Below are positions 53,699-64,000 of a DNA stretch of 64,000 nt, in pieces. How positions within the stretch are numbered: position 1 is the first letter of the stretch; each line of letters opens with the position of its first letter. The translations under genes and the position numbers were made by a program. The stretch spans positions 200,563 to 264,562 of the forward strand of contig CAVVVV010000009.1 of assembly GCA_963751685.1 (NCBI GenBank), written 5' to 3'. The notes under the pieces were generated by a model. The model saw nothing but the letters and a program-made list of their open reading frames with translations, searched no databases and had not been told where the DNA came from. The stretch comes from an uncultured Alphaproteobacteria bacterium (GTDB taxonomy: Bacteria > Pseudomonadota > Alphaproteobacteria > Rhizobiales > Xanthobacteraceae).

Positions 53699-55566
53699 TC
53701 ACGCCTTGGCGTCGAGCGATTCGATCTCGTTGATCATCCGCTCGATCAGGCCGAGGCCGTTTTGCCAGAACTCCGGATCGCGGGCGTCGAGGCCGAAGGG
53801 CTTCAGAAGCTCGGAGTGATGCTTGCTGCCGCCGGCGGCAAGCATTGCCAGATAGCGCTCGGCGAAGCCTTTGTCGGCGCGCTCGTAGACCGCGTAGAGC
53901 GAGTTCACCAGGCAATCGCCGAACGCATAGGCATAGACGTAGAACGGCGCGTGAATGAAATGACCGACATAAGTCCAGAACGTCTCGTAGCCGGGCTCCG
54001 AGATGGATCGCGGGCCCGAGACTTTCGGCCTGCACCTCCATCCAGATTTCGCCCAAACGCTCCGCCGTGAGCTCGCCGTGCTTGCGCTCGGTGTGGACCT
54101 TGCGCTCGAACGTATAGAAGGCGATCTGGCGCACGACCGTGTTGAGCATGTCCTCGACCTTCTGGGCGAGCATCGCCTTCCTCGCTACCGGCTCCGAAGT
54201 CTTCGCCAGCAGCGCGCGAAAGGTCAGCATTTCGCCGAACACCGACGCCGTCTCCGCGAGCGTCAGCGGCGTCGCCGCCATCAGCGCGCCCTGCTTGCGC
54301 CGCCAACACCTGATGCACGCCGTGGCCGAGCTCATGCGCGAGCGTCATCACGTCGCGCGGCTTGCCCTGGTAATTCAAGAGCACATAGGGATGCACCGAC
54401 GGCACCGTCGGATGCGAGAACGCGCCCGGCGCCTTGCCGGGCCGCACCGGCGCGTCGATCCAGCGCTCGTCGAAGAAGCGGCGCGCGATATCCGCCATTT
54501 TCGGCGAGAAGCCGCCATAGGCCGAGAGCACCGTATCGCGCGCCTCGTCCCAGTCGACGTGGCGCTGTTCGACCTTCGGCAGCGGCGCGTTGCGGTCCCA
54601 GTATTCGAGCCGCTCCTTGCCGAGCCACTTCGCCTTCATGGCGTAGTAGCGGTGCGAAAGCCGCGGGAACGCCGCGCGCACCGCTGAGACCAGCGCCTCC
54701 ACCACTTCGCGCTCGACGCGGTTGGAAAGATGGCGCTCGTCGGCGATGTCCTCGAAGCCGCGCCAGCGGTCGGAAATTTCCTTGTCCTTGGCGAGCGTGT
54801 TGGTGATGCGCGTGAAGGTGCGCGAGATTCGCGCGGAAAACCTCGGCGAGCGCTTCCGCCGCCTCTTTACGCTTGGCCTCCTCCGGCTCCGTCAACAGAT
54901 TGAGCGTGGGCTCGAGCGCCAATTCCTTGCCGCCGACCTTGAAGCGGAGCGATGCGATCGTTTCGTCGAACATCCGGTTCCAGGCGGCCTCGCCCGTCAC
55001 CGACTTTTCGTGGAACAACTGCTCGAGGCGGTCTTCGAGCTGATAGGGCTTCTCCTTGCGAACGTCCTCGATCCACGGCCGGTAGTAGCCGAAAGCGGGG
55101 TCGGCGTGAGCGCCTTCTCGATCAGCCCGTCATCGATGCGATTGAGCTCGAGCGTGAAGAAGAGGAGATGCGAGGACGCGGCGGTGATTTTTTCCTGCAC
55201 GTCGCCGTAGAACTTGGCGCGCTTCGGATCGGCCGTATCGCCGGCATAGACGAGGCCCGCGAAGGAGCCAAGGCGGCCAAGCAACTCCCCGATCGCCTCG
55301 AAGCGCTTGAGCGCGGCGCCGAGCTTGTCGCCGGCCTGCGGCGAGGCGGCGATGTCAGCGAGCTTTCCCTTATAGGTCTCCTCGAAGGCGACGCATTCGG
55401 CGTCGGCGCGCGCGAGATCCGCCGCCACCTCCGGCGCGTCGATCGCGGGATAGAGATCGGCGAGATTCCATTCGGGCAGCATGGCGCTCGCCTCGTTCAC
55501 GCGGGCGGCGGCTCCGGCCGAAACATGGAAGACGGGTGAGTTGAAAGGCGACATGGATGAGGACAT
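53699..55566 (-). CDS. pepF: M3-family oligoendopeptidase F (PepF; about 5 frame breaks; start uncertain)
   Basis: ..LPEWNLADLYP.., ..TLAHELGHGVHQVLA.. (HExxH), ..ETASVFGEML.., ..FYVYAYAFGDCLVNSLY.., ..GGSKHHSELLKPFGLD... Confidence 0.88.
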
Positions 55567-55746
55567 GGGGATCGCAAGAATCTGATTGGCCTGTTCACAT
55601 TACATAGAAATGTGGCTCGCGGTACGGCGGATCAATCCTTGTTACGGCGACGTTTTCGGCGAGGAGGAGGCCGGCCTTCAGATTCCATTAACGGCGGTCG
55701 CGCAAAGTCCCTGCCACGGGACGGGCTTTGCCCGCCGGGAGGGGTT

Positions 55747-57322
55747 ATGGCCACGCGCGTACTCGTTGTCGACGACGATCCGGTCCAGCGCCGCCTGATC
55801 GACGCCATGCTTCGCCGCTTCGGCTACGAGCCGGAGGTGATGGAGCGCGGCGAAGAGGCCGTACGCCTGCTCGAAAGCCCCGAAGGCGCGCGGCATCGCC
55901 TGCGCCATTCTCGATCTCGTCATGCCTGATCTCGACGGCCTCGGCGTTCTCGGCCGCCTGCGCGAGCGCGGCATCGATACGCCCGTGATCGTGCTGACGG
56001 CGCAAGGCTCGATCGACACGGTGGTCTCCGCCATGCGCGCGGGCGCCATCGATTTCGTCGTCAAGCCCGTCGGGCCCGAGCGGCTGCAAGTTTCGGTGCG
56101 GAACGCGCTCGCGCAAGCGGCGCTCGCCGGCGAGGTGCGCCGCATGCAACGCGCCGCCGAAGGCACCGTCGCCTTCTCCGATTTCTCGACCGCGAGCCCC
56201 CGAATGCAGGCCGCGCTCAAGCTCGCCGAAAAAGCGACGGCCTCCGAAATCCCCGTTCTGATCGAAGGCGAATCGGGCGTCGGCAAGGAATTGCTCGCCC
56301 GCGCCATCCGCGCCGCGGGCGCGCGCGCCGATAAGCCCTTCGTCGCCGTCAATTGCGGCGCAATTCCCGCCAATCTCGTCGAATCGATTCTGTTCGGCCA
56401 CGAGAAGGGCGCTTTCACCGGCGCCTCCGAGCGCCAGCTCGGCAAGTTCGTCGAAGCCGACGGCGGAACGCTGTTCCTCGACGAGATCGGCGAGTTGCCG
56501 GCCGACGCGCAGGTAAAGCTTCTGCGCGCGCTGCAGGAAGGCGAGGTCGATCCCGTCGGCGCTCGCAAGCCCGTGAAGGTCGACTTCCGCCTGATCTCGG
56601 CGACCAATCGCAATCTCCTCGAACTCGTGAAGGCCGGACGCTTCCGCGAGGATCTCTTCTATCGCCTGCACATTTTTCCGATCACCATGCCGCCCCTGCG
56701 CGAGCGGCTGGAGGACGTGCCCGATCTCGTCCGCCGTTTCGTCACGCGCTTCGCCGCGGAGGAAGGAAAGCGCGTGCGCTCGGTTTCGGCCGAGGCGATC
56801 AGGATGCTCACGAGCTATCGCTGGCCGGGTAACGTGCGCCAGCTCGAGAACGCCGTGTTCCGCGCGGTCGTGCTCGCCGACACCGACGAGATCGGCGTCG
56901 CCGAATTTCCCCAGATCGCGGCGCAGGTGCCGGGCTTCGAGGCTTTCGCGGCACCGCAACCGCTCCCCTGCCGCCGCGGCCAGCGCAGGAACCCGCGTCC
57001 GCCCCGCTTGTGATCGATGCGCCCGGAGACGGCGCCGGCGGCCGCCACGGACTCGCTTCCGCTTCTGGGCGCCGACGGACACGTGCGGCCGATGGAGGAA
57101 ATCGAGGCAACCGCCATCCGTTTCGCCATTGCCCATTATCGCGGCCGGATGACCGAGGTTTCCCGCCGGCTCGGGATCGGCCGCTCGACGCTCTATCGCA
57201 AGCTCAAGGATTTGGGCCTTGCCGACGGGCCCGGAGGGCGAACCCGCCGAAATGCAGGAAACTGGCGTGGCCGGGAAGTGACACTTACCCGAGAATGGCC
57301 TCATGAGGCGCTTATGCCTTGA
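55747..57322 (+). CDS. Sigma-54-dependent response regulator (NtrC/TacA-like: REC + AAA+ + Fis HTH; 2 or more frame breaks; 3' end uncertain)
   Basis: REC: RVLVVDDDPVQRRL..(shift)..ILDLVMPDLDG..VIVLTAQGS... AAA+: LIEGESGVGKELLARAIR, GAFTGA, LFLDEIGEL, ESELFGHEKGAF-like FGHEKGAF, RWPGNVRQLEN. HTH: ..EVSRRLGIGRSTLYRKLK... Confidence 0.88.
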
Positions 57323-57372
57323 TTAGAACGGGCCGGGTCTGCCAGAAGCAGGGGTAACCGAGGAGGCGCGGT

Positions 57373-59523
57373 ATGAATCCGGCACGGCATTCTCATGGGC
57401 TGAGGGCACGATTCTGGCCTCTTCTCGCGGCCACGACCATGCTGACGCCGGTGGCCGCCTCCGCCCAGTCGATTGCCCCGGGAGAGCCCTCGGCGCGCGC
57501 GCCGATCGCGATCGCGCAGAATTCCGCCGAGGCAAAGCCCAATATCGACAAGCTCATTCCGGTTCCCGAAACCGCGAATGTGACCGCCGCCCACCGCCGC
57601 CGACATCAAGGGCCAACGCCGCCGGCTCCCGCCGTGACGGTCGTGCCGTCCGACGCCGAATCCCGTTGCGGCCTCCGCCGAGGCGACGCCGATGGAGCCC
57701 GCGGCTCCGCCGCGACGCCGGCGACAACCCGAACAGCAGGCGGCGCCGGTGCCGGCTTATACCGGCAAGGACCTCGTCAAGGCGCCGATCGCGACTTCGC
57801 TTTCGACGGCGGACGCCGCGATCGCCGAGAAGCTGCGCGATCTCCTCGCCAGCAAGAGCGGCCGCTATCTCGATCGCAAGAACGAGCGCGACGCGGTCGA
57901 GGCCTTCTATCGCAATCGCGGCTTCGCGCCGCTGTGGATCGACAACGGCGCCGGCAACGCGCGCGCCGCCTCGACGGTCGCTTATCTCAAGGGCGTCGAC
58001 GCCGATGGCCTGGAGCCCTCCGAATACGCGGCGCCCGAAATGAAGGCGGGGCTGGATGCCCGACGCGCTCGCCGATGCCGATCTCAAGCTCACCGTCGCC
58101 GCGCTCGCCTATGCGCGCCACGCCGCCACCGGCCGCGTCTCCTTCACGCGCATCAGCAACGACATCTATTACGATCTCGAAGTTCCCCGAGCCGTCCGAC
58201 GTTCTGGCGAAGCTCGCCGCGACCAGCGACAGCCAAGGACACGCTCGCGTCCTATCTTCCGCAGCATCCGGCCTACAAGGCGCTGAAGGCGAAATATGCC
58301 GAAGCGCGCGCGAAGACGGGCGAGAGCGCGCCCGCGCGCATTCCGAACGGCCAGCCGCTCAAGCTCGCGAAGGAATTGATGCAGGATCCGCGCGTGCCGC
58401 TTCTTCGCGAGCGCCTCGGCGTGCCGGCCGAGGACAACACCGCCTATAATCAGGCGCTCGCCGACGCCGTGAAGAAATATCAGGCCGAGAAAAAGCTCGG
58501 CGGCAACGGCGTTCTCGGCCAGGCCACGATCAATTCCATCAACGGCCCGCGCCGCGACCGCGACGCCGACATCATCCTCGCCAATCTCGAGCGCTGGCGC
58601 TGGCTGCCGCATCGAGCTCGGCAATGCCCAGCTCGGCAACGCCTATGTGATGGTCAACATCCCCGACTACACGCTGAAGATCGTGCGCGACGGCTCGACC
58701 TATTGGACGACGAAGATCGTCACCGGCAAGCCGGGCATGGCGACGCCGATGATCAGCCCGGACATGAAATTCATCACGGTCAATCCGACCTGGAACGTGC
58801 CGCCCTCGATCATCGCCAACGAATACCTGCCGGTGCTGCGGCAGGATCCGACCGCGCTGGCGCGGATCGGCCTCAAGATGGAGAACAACAAGGACGGCAC
58901 CGTTCGCATCTACCAGCCGCCGGGAGAGAAGAACGCGCTCGGCCGCGTCCGTTTCAATTTCCCGAACAAGTTCCTCGTCTACCAGCACGACACGCCGGAC
59001 AAGCATCTGTTCGCGGAATCGAAGCGCGCCTTCAGCCACGGCTGCATGCGCGTGGAGAATCCGATCACGTATGCCGAGAAGCTCTTGTCGATCGAGCTTC
59101 CCAAGGACGGCTACACCCAGGACAAGATTCACAAGATGTTCGGCGGCAACGAGATCAACATCGATTTCCCCAAGCCCCTGCCGGTTCACATCACCTACCA
59201 GACGGCCTTCGTCGGCGATGACGGCAAGCTCGAGATCCGCGAGGACATCTATGGCCGCGATGCCCGCGTGTTGCAGGCGCTGAAAACCGACGAGCGCAAG
59301 GTTGCCGATGTCGCCGTCGAGCAGCATGGGGTCGGCAGCGCCACCGTCAGCCGCGACGCGCTGCGTTTTGCGGTTCCCGACGGGCGTTTCGAGAACCCGT
59401 TCGCGAGCTTCTTCCGAGTCCTTCCAGCCGCGGGACGATTATCGCCGCGACGACCGCCGCGGCCGCGGCCGCGAAGTACGGCAAGAAACCAACCGCGGCG
59501 GATTCTTCGGCCTTTTCCGCTAA
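57373..59523 (+). CDS. L,D-transpeptidase, YcbB/LdtD-like (PG-binding + YkuD domains; about 5 frame breaks)
   Basis: Signal peptide ..LLAATTMLTPVAASAQ. Motifs: ..AVEAFYRNRGFAPLW.., ..AVKKYQAEKKLGGNGVLGQATI.. (PG_binding_1), ..YVMVNIPDYTLKIV.., ..ITVNPTWNVPPSI.., catalytic ..RAFSHGCMRVENP... Confidence 0.88.
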
Positions 59524-59758
59524 ATTTCGCCAGTTTCGAAGGTTCCCGCCCTCCGCTTAACCAAGCGGGGGGCGGTTCGCTATGGCGTGGCCCGATTTCG
59601 CCACACTCCATGGTTACGGAAATCGCATCGGACGGCGCGGGGGCGACAACACTCCGTTAACCCTTTCCGATAACGATCACAGTGCGTTAGCCATTCGCGG
59701 CCGCGTGGCGGCTGGCGCGGTGACTGACTGAGGCACAACTCGTAACGGAAGAGGGCAC

Positions 59759-61251
59759 GTGCCAGATCAACCCGCGCGCAAAGCCGGCTTCCTGAACTTC
59801 CGTGCCGGCCAGCGCATCGGCTTAGCCGCCCTCTTCTCTTTTTCGGCTCCGAATCGCTCGAAAGCGTGATCGCCAACGGCGACACGCGCACGATCTCTTT
59901 GCATCACCTGCACACCGGCGAAGATCTCATCATCACCTACAAGCGCGACGGGCAAATTCGACGAGGCCGCGCTTGAAAAACTGAACCATCTCTTGCGCGA
60001 CTGGCGCATCGAAGAGCCGATCAAGATGGATCCGCTATCTCTTCGACCTGCTCTGGGAAGTGAACCGGGAGGTCGGCGGCAAGGAGCCGATCCAGATCGT
60101 CTGCGGCTACCGCGCGCCCTCGACCAACGCGATGCTGCGCGCGAAGAGCCGCGGCGTCGCCCAGTTCAGCCAGCACATGCTCGGCAAGGCGATGGACTTC
60201 TACATTCCGGGCGTCGAGCTGTCGCAGCTGCGCGACGTCGGGTCTGCGGCTGCAGCGCGGCGGCGTCGGCTTCTATCCGACCTCCGGCTGGCCCTTCGTC
60301 CATCTCGATACCGGCAATGTGCGGCATTGGCCGAAGGTCTCGCGCGAATATCTCGCCCGCCTCTTCCCCGACGGCAAGACCGTTCACATTCCCGCCGACG
60401 GCCGGCCGATGCCCGGCTACCAGCTGGCGCTCGCCGAGATTCAGTCGCGCGGAAAAGAAGTGGTTCCGGTCGCCGCCTTCGCGTCGCGCAGCGACGCCGA
60501 CGAAGGCGATTCGGACGCGGCCGGAGACGGCGGCCGCATGAAGCGGCTCTTCGCCTCGATCTTCAGCAAGAAGAACGGCAGCGAGGACGACGACGGCAAG
60601 ATCGCCGCCGTGCGCGCGCAGCCCGCTCCGCGCATCGCCTCGAACGCGAAAGCCAATCCCGAACCGACCGCGCGGCCGGTCGCGGTCGCCTCGCTTTCGC
60701 CCGCGACGCCCGCGCCAGGCCCGCAATTGCAATGGACGAAGGGGCCCGATTCCGTCGCGGCCACAACCGGATCCGTGGCGCCGCTGCCGCGCGCGCGGCC
60801 GATGGAAGCCGGCTCGAACGCGGCCCTCGCTTCGTTGCCGCTTAACGGACGCCAGGTGGCATCGGCCGACGTCACCGCTTCCCTGCCGTTGGCGATCACC
60901 GGCGGGGAGAAGCCGACCTCGGCCCTCGGCTATGCCGCGCCCGAAGCCGTTCCGCAGCGCATCAGCGCGCCGATTGCGCCGCAGACGGCTGCGATCGCGC
61001 TCGCGCCCGCAGCCGCAGGATGTCGCCCGCCTGCAGGAACCGGCCCGTTCGCCCGGCTTCTATGGCGACGCCGCCCATTCGCCGTCGATCCTGCTCAGCC
61101 AGACAGCCCGTTCAGTTCACCGCCGACTTGCGGCATCCGGATCAATCCGGGCTTGACGATCTTGCTCGATCCCGTCGCCACCACCGCCGGCTACTTCGCC
61201 CATCAGAGCGGCGGGAAAATCGTCACGGGCTCGCTCGCCTCCGCCTGTTGA
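59759..61251 (+). CDS. DUF882 / peptidase M15A family protein (YcbK/MepK-like) with a long low-complexity C-terminal region (5 or more frame breaks; ends uncertain)
   Basis: GTG start after the RBS GGAAGAGGG. Motifs: ..ANGDTRTISLHHLHTGEDL.., ..LNHLLRDWR.., ..IQIVCGYRAPSTNAML.., ..SQHMLGKAMDFYIPG.., ..GGVGFYPTSGWPFVHLDTG..RHW. Confidence 0.8.
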
Positions 61252-61259
61252 GGCCGCCT

Positions 61260-61514
61260 CTAGCGGCCGTCGCCAATCCCGATCGCATCGCGATAAAGCT
61301 CGACCAGCGCCTCGTGCTCGCGGCGCTCCTCCGTGTCCTGCCGATGGAGCCGGATCACGACGCGCAGCGCCTTCACGTCGAAGCCCTCGGCCTTGGCCTC
61401 GGCGTAGACCTCGCGGATATCGTCCGCGATCGTCTTCTTCTCCTCTTCGAGCTTCTCGATGCGCTCGACGAAGGATTTCAGCTTGCCTTTCGCGAAATTG
61501 GCGCTTCCCGCCAT
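61260..61514 (-). CDS. gapR: DUF2312/UPF0335 protein (GapR-like nucleoid-associated protein)
   Basis: Intact 84-aa ORF: ..LKSFVERIEKLEEEKKTIADDIREVYAEAKAEGFDVKALRVVIRL... Confidence 0.88.
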   Translation of the reverse strand: MAGSANFAKGKLKSFVERIEKLEEEKKTIADDIREVYAEAKAEGFDVKALRVVIRLHRQDTEERREHEALVELYRDAIGIGDGR

Positions 61515-61544
61515 CGCGTTCTCCTTGTCTTCGGTTGCGACGAT

Positions 61545-61851
61545 TCAGTGCGAGGCGCGGGTTTTTTCGAAGGCGGCTTTCTGCTCGCCGCCCGCTTCCT
61601 TCTGATGGCGCCGTTTCCATTCCTCGTAAGGCATGCCGTAGACGGCCTCGCGGCTTTCGTCCTTCGTCATCGGCACGCCTTTCTCGTCGGCGGCGTCCTT
61701 CATCCAGTTGGACAGGCAATTGCGGCAGAAGCCCGCGAGATTCATCAGGTCGATATTCTGCACATCGATGCGATTGCGCAGATGCTCGCACGAGCCGCCG
61801 GAAGACCGCGGCCTCGAGCTCGGTGCGCGTGCGGTCGTCGATCTTCTTCAT
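61545..61851 (-). CDS. DUF1244 family protein (1 frame break near 61790)
   Basis: MKKIDDRTRTELEAAVFRRLV then (shift) ..VQNIDLMNLAGFCRNCLSNWMKDAA... Confidence 0.8.
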
Positions 61852-61972
61852 GCGGCCGATCCTTTCGCGGTCGATTGTGCGCGGGCTTCGTCCATTCTAT
61901 GACACGCGGCGCTCGCCCGCGAGCGCCGCTTCGTATGTCCGCCTTCCCAAGCCTTCGAAGTAAGCACGCGCG

Positions 61973-63351
61973 ATGGATCGTACAAGAACCAAGGCTCTGC
62001 TTCGCAAAATCTTCGACGCCGCGGTGGCCGCGGCGCATCCCGCGTCCTGCCTGCCGCCGGCCTTGCCCGACGCGCCGGCCGCGGGACGCATCATCGTGCT
62101 CGCCGCCGGCAAGGCGGCGGGCTCGATGTCCGAAGTCGCCGAGAGGCATTATTTCGAGCGCGGGATTCCCGCCCGAGCGGCTCGAGGGAATCGCCGTCAC
62201 CCGCCACGGCTATGGCCGGCCGACCCGACGGATCGAGATGGTGGAGGCCGGCCATCCGGTGCCCGACGCCGCGCGGCTCTGGCCGCGACCGAGCGCGTGC
62301 TTCTGCTCGCGCAATCGGCGAAAGAAACCGATCTCGTGCTCGTGCTGCTCTCGGGCGGCGCCTCGGCGAACTGGATCGCGCCCGCGCCCGGCGTTTCGCT
62401 CGACGACAAGCGCGCGCTCACGCGCGCGCTGCTTGCCTCCGGCGCCGACATTCGCGAGATCAACACGGTGCGGAAGCATCTCTCCCGCATCAAGGGCGGC
62501 CGCCTCGCCGCGCTCGCCGGCCGCGCAAAAATGCTGACGCTCGCGATTTCCGACGTGCCCGGAGACGATCCTTCCGTGATCGGCTCGGGCCCCACCGTGC
62601 CCGATCCCGAGCACGCTCGCCGACGCCGAGACGATCCTGCGGCGGCGAAAGGTGGAAATGCCGCCTGCCGATCGCGCGCGCCTTGCGCGAGCCCGCGAAC
62701 GAAACCCCGAAGCCCGGCGCCGCCGTCTTCGCGCGCGGCGAATACCGCATCATCGCGCGCCCCGCCGATGCGCTTGCCGCGGCCGCGCGCGCGGCGCGCG
62801 AGGAAGGCCTGATCCCGGTCATCCTCGACGATCGCGTCGAGGGAGAGGCGCGCGAAGTGGCGCGCGATCATGCGCGGCGGGCGCTGGCGCTGCGGGCCAA
62901 GGCAAGCGCATGCTGCTCCTCTCCGGCGGCGAGCTGACCGTCACCTTGCAAGGCAAAGGGCAAGGCAAGGCCGCGGCGGGCCGAACCAGGAATACGCGCT
63001 GGCGCTGGCGCTCGCGCTCGACGGCGCCGCCCGGCATCGCGGCGCTCGCCGGCGATACCGACGGCACCGACGGCGGCGTGGGCCGGCCGGACGATCCGGC
63101 GGGCGCATTTGTCGACGAGCACCACGCTTACGCGCGCCCGCGCGCTCGGCCTCGATGCTGCCCGTTTTCTTGCCGAAAATAATTCCTCTGGCTTTTTCGA
63201 GCGGCTCGACGACCTTCTCGCCCCGGGGCCCACCTGCACCAACGTCAATGACCTGCGGGCGATCCTCGTTGACACTAGTGCCCCGAACCCGAAGTTCGCC
63301 CAAAGCGAGCCGCAAGGACGGTTGCGAACTTCGGGTTCAAAGGGGTACTAG
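61973..63351 (+). CDS. Glycerate 2-kinase / hydroxypyruvate reductase-like (DUF4147 + MOFRL; about 6 frame breaks). The last ~26 codons and the stop lie inside repeat copy 3.
   Basis: ..IIVLAAGKAAGSM.., ..VEAGHPVPD.., ..LVLLSGGASA.., ..INTVRKHLSRIKGGRLA.., ..LAISDVPGDDPSVIGSGPT.., ..LLSGGELTVT.., ..AGDTDGTDG.., ..TGPTCTNVNDLRAILV... Confidence 0.85.
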
Positions 63352-63441
63352 AATCATGAGAGTCTCTAGTGTCCCTTCGATTCCGAAGTTCGTATAAGAG
63401 TGTGCCGCAAGGGCTTACGAACTTCGGAATCGGGACACTAG
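63274..63441 (+). repeat. Dual-hairpin intergenic repeat, copy 3 (module A 63274-63351, module B 63366-63441)
   Basis: Same architecture and orientation as the other two copies. The module A loop is the most diverged (CCAAAGCGAGCCGCAAGGACGG) while the stems are preserved. Confidence 0.9.
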
Positions 63442-63516
63442 TAACGAGCGCGGCGGAAAAAGGCGCCGATCCGTTTGAACGACAAACTTGATTCGAAGCG
63501 TCAGGATTTTCAACCG

Positions 63517-64000
63517 ATGCGACAAAGCGTCCGGATCGCCCGCCTCGCGCTTTTCCTCACCGCGCTCGCCGCCCCGCGGTTGCGCATGCCGATTTTCGTC
63601 TCTGCAACCGCACGCAAAGCCGCGTCGGCGTCGCCGTCGGCTACAAGGACAACGACGTCTGGACCACCGAGGGCTGGTGGAACGTGGCAGCGAACACTTG
63701 CGAGACGCTGATGCGCGGACCGCTTGTCGCACGCTTTTATTATATCTATGCGCTTGATTACGATCAGGGCGGCGAATGGGCAGGCCAGGCCCTCATGTGC
63801 ACGCGCGAAAAAGAGTTCACCATCAAAGGCATCGCGGATTGTCTCGCGCGCGGCTTCGATCGCACCGGTTTCTTCGAAGTCGATACCGGCGAGCAAAAAA
63901 ACTGGACCGTTCAGCTCACCGAACAGGGACAAACCGCGCCGGTCTCGCCGCCAGCCTCGGCAGGGCGCGCCCGAGCCGATGAGACGGCAGCGCCGAACCA
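63517..64000 (+). CDS. DUF1036 domain protein (1 frame break near 63575; runs to the window end)
   Basis: Signal peptide MRQSVRIARLALFLTALAAP, then (shift) AVAHADFRLCNRTQSRVGVAVGYKDNDVWTTEGWWNVAANTCETLMRGPLVARFYYIYALDYDQGGEWAG..MCT..FTIKGIADCLARGFDRTGFFEVDTG... The frame stays open to position 64000. Confidence 0.75.

Overview
High-GC alphaproteobacterial core-chromosome segment. Gene order looks Rhizobiales/Hyphomicrobiales-like (tkt-gap-pgk-fba; DUF4164-zapA-6S-ygfA; ispH-thrB-rnhA; cox4-like-pntAA-pntAB-pntB). I resolve about 65 protein genes, almost all housekeeping: the Tol-Pal cluster (ybgC-tolQRAB-pal-cpoB), ruvCAB, central carbon genes, purEK, the transhydrogenase operon, two acyl-CoA ligases, two c-di-GMP enzymes, a peptidoglycan pair (ldtD-like plus DUF882/MepK-like), and several Caulobacter-type cell-cycle factors (RcdA/DUF1465, TrcR/DUF1013, GapR/DUF2312, ZapA, DUF4164). 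I see no integrase, transposase, phage genes, CRISPR array, tRNA or rRNA, so this is not an obvious island.

The dominant property is technical. By manual reconstruction there are roughly 80 single-base frame breaks in about 40 otherwise well-conserved genes, many of them essential. These are best explained as assembly or consensus indels, not gene decay. Gene coordinates below therefore span the reconstructed full gene and note the breaks.

Non-coding content worth a second look:
- A 167-bp dual-hairpin repeat family, three same-orientation copies at gene 3' ends, with GNRA-capped apical loops.
- A 45-nt palindromic motif present twice.
- A Y-shaped plus hairpin intergenic element whose 3' arm covers a ribosome-binding site.
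- A candidate 6S RNA.
- A perfect FNR/FixK box upstream of the transhydrogenase operon.
- A perfect CtrA-type box followed by a structured, terminator-ended stretch upstream of rcdA.

Protein-level oddities are an orphan MotA/MotB-like stator pair, two tandem small secreted Cys-containing paralogues, and an S21 with a long Gly-rich tail. I cannot point to a clearly novel multi-gene system. The repeat family and the stator-like pair are the best candidates.
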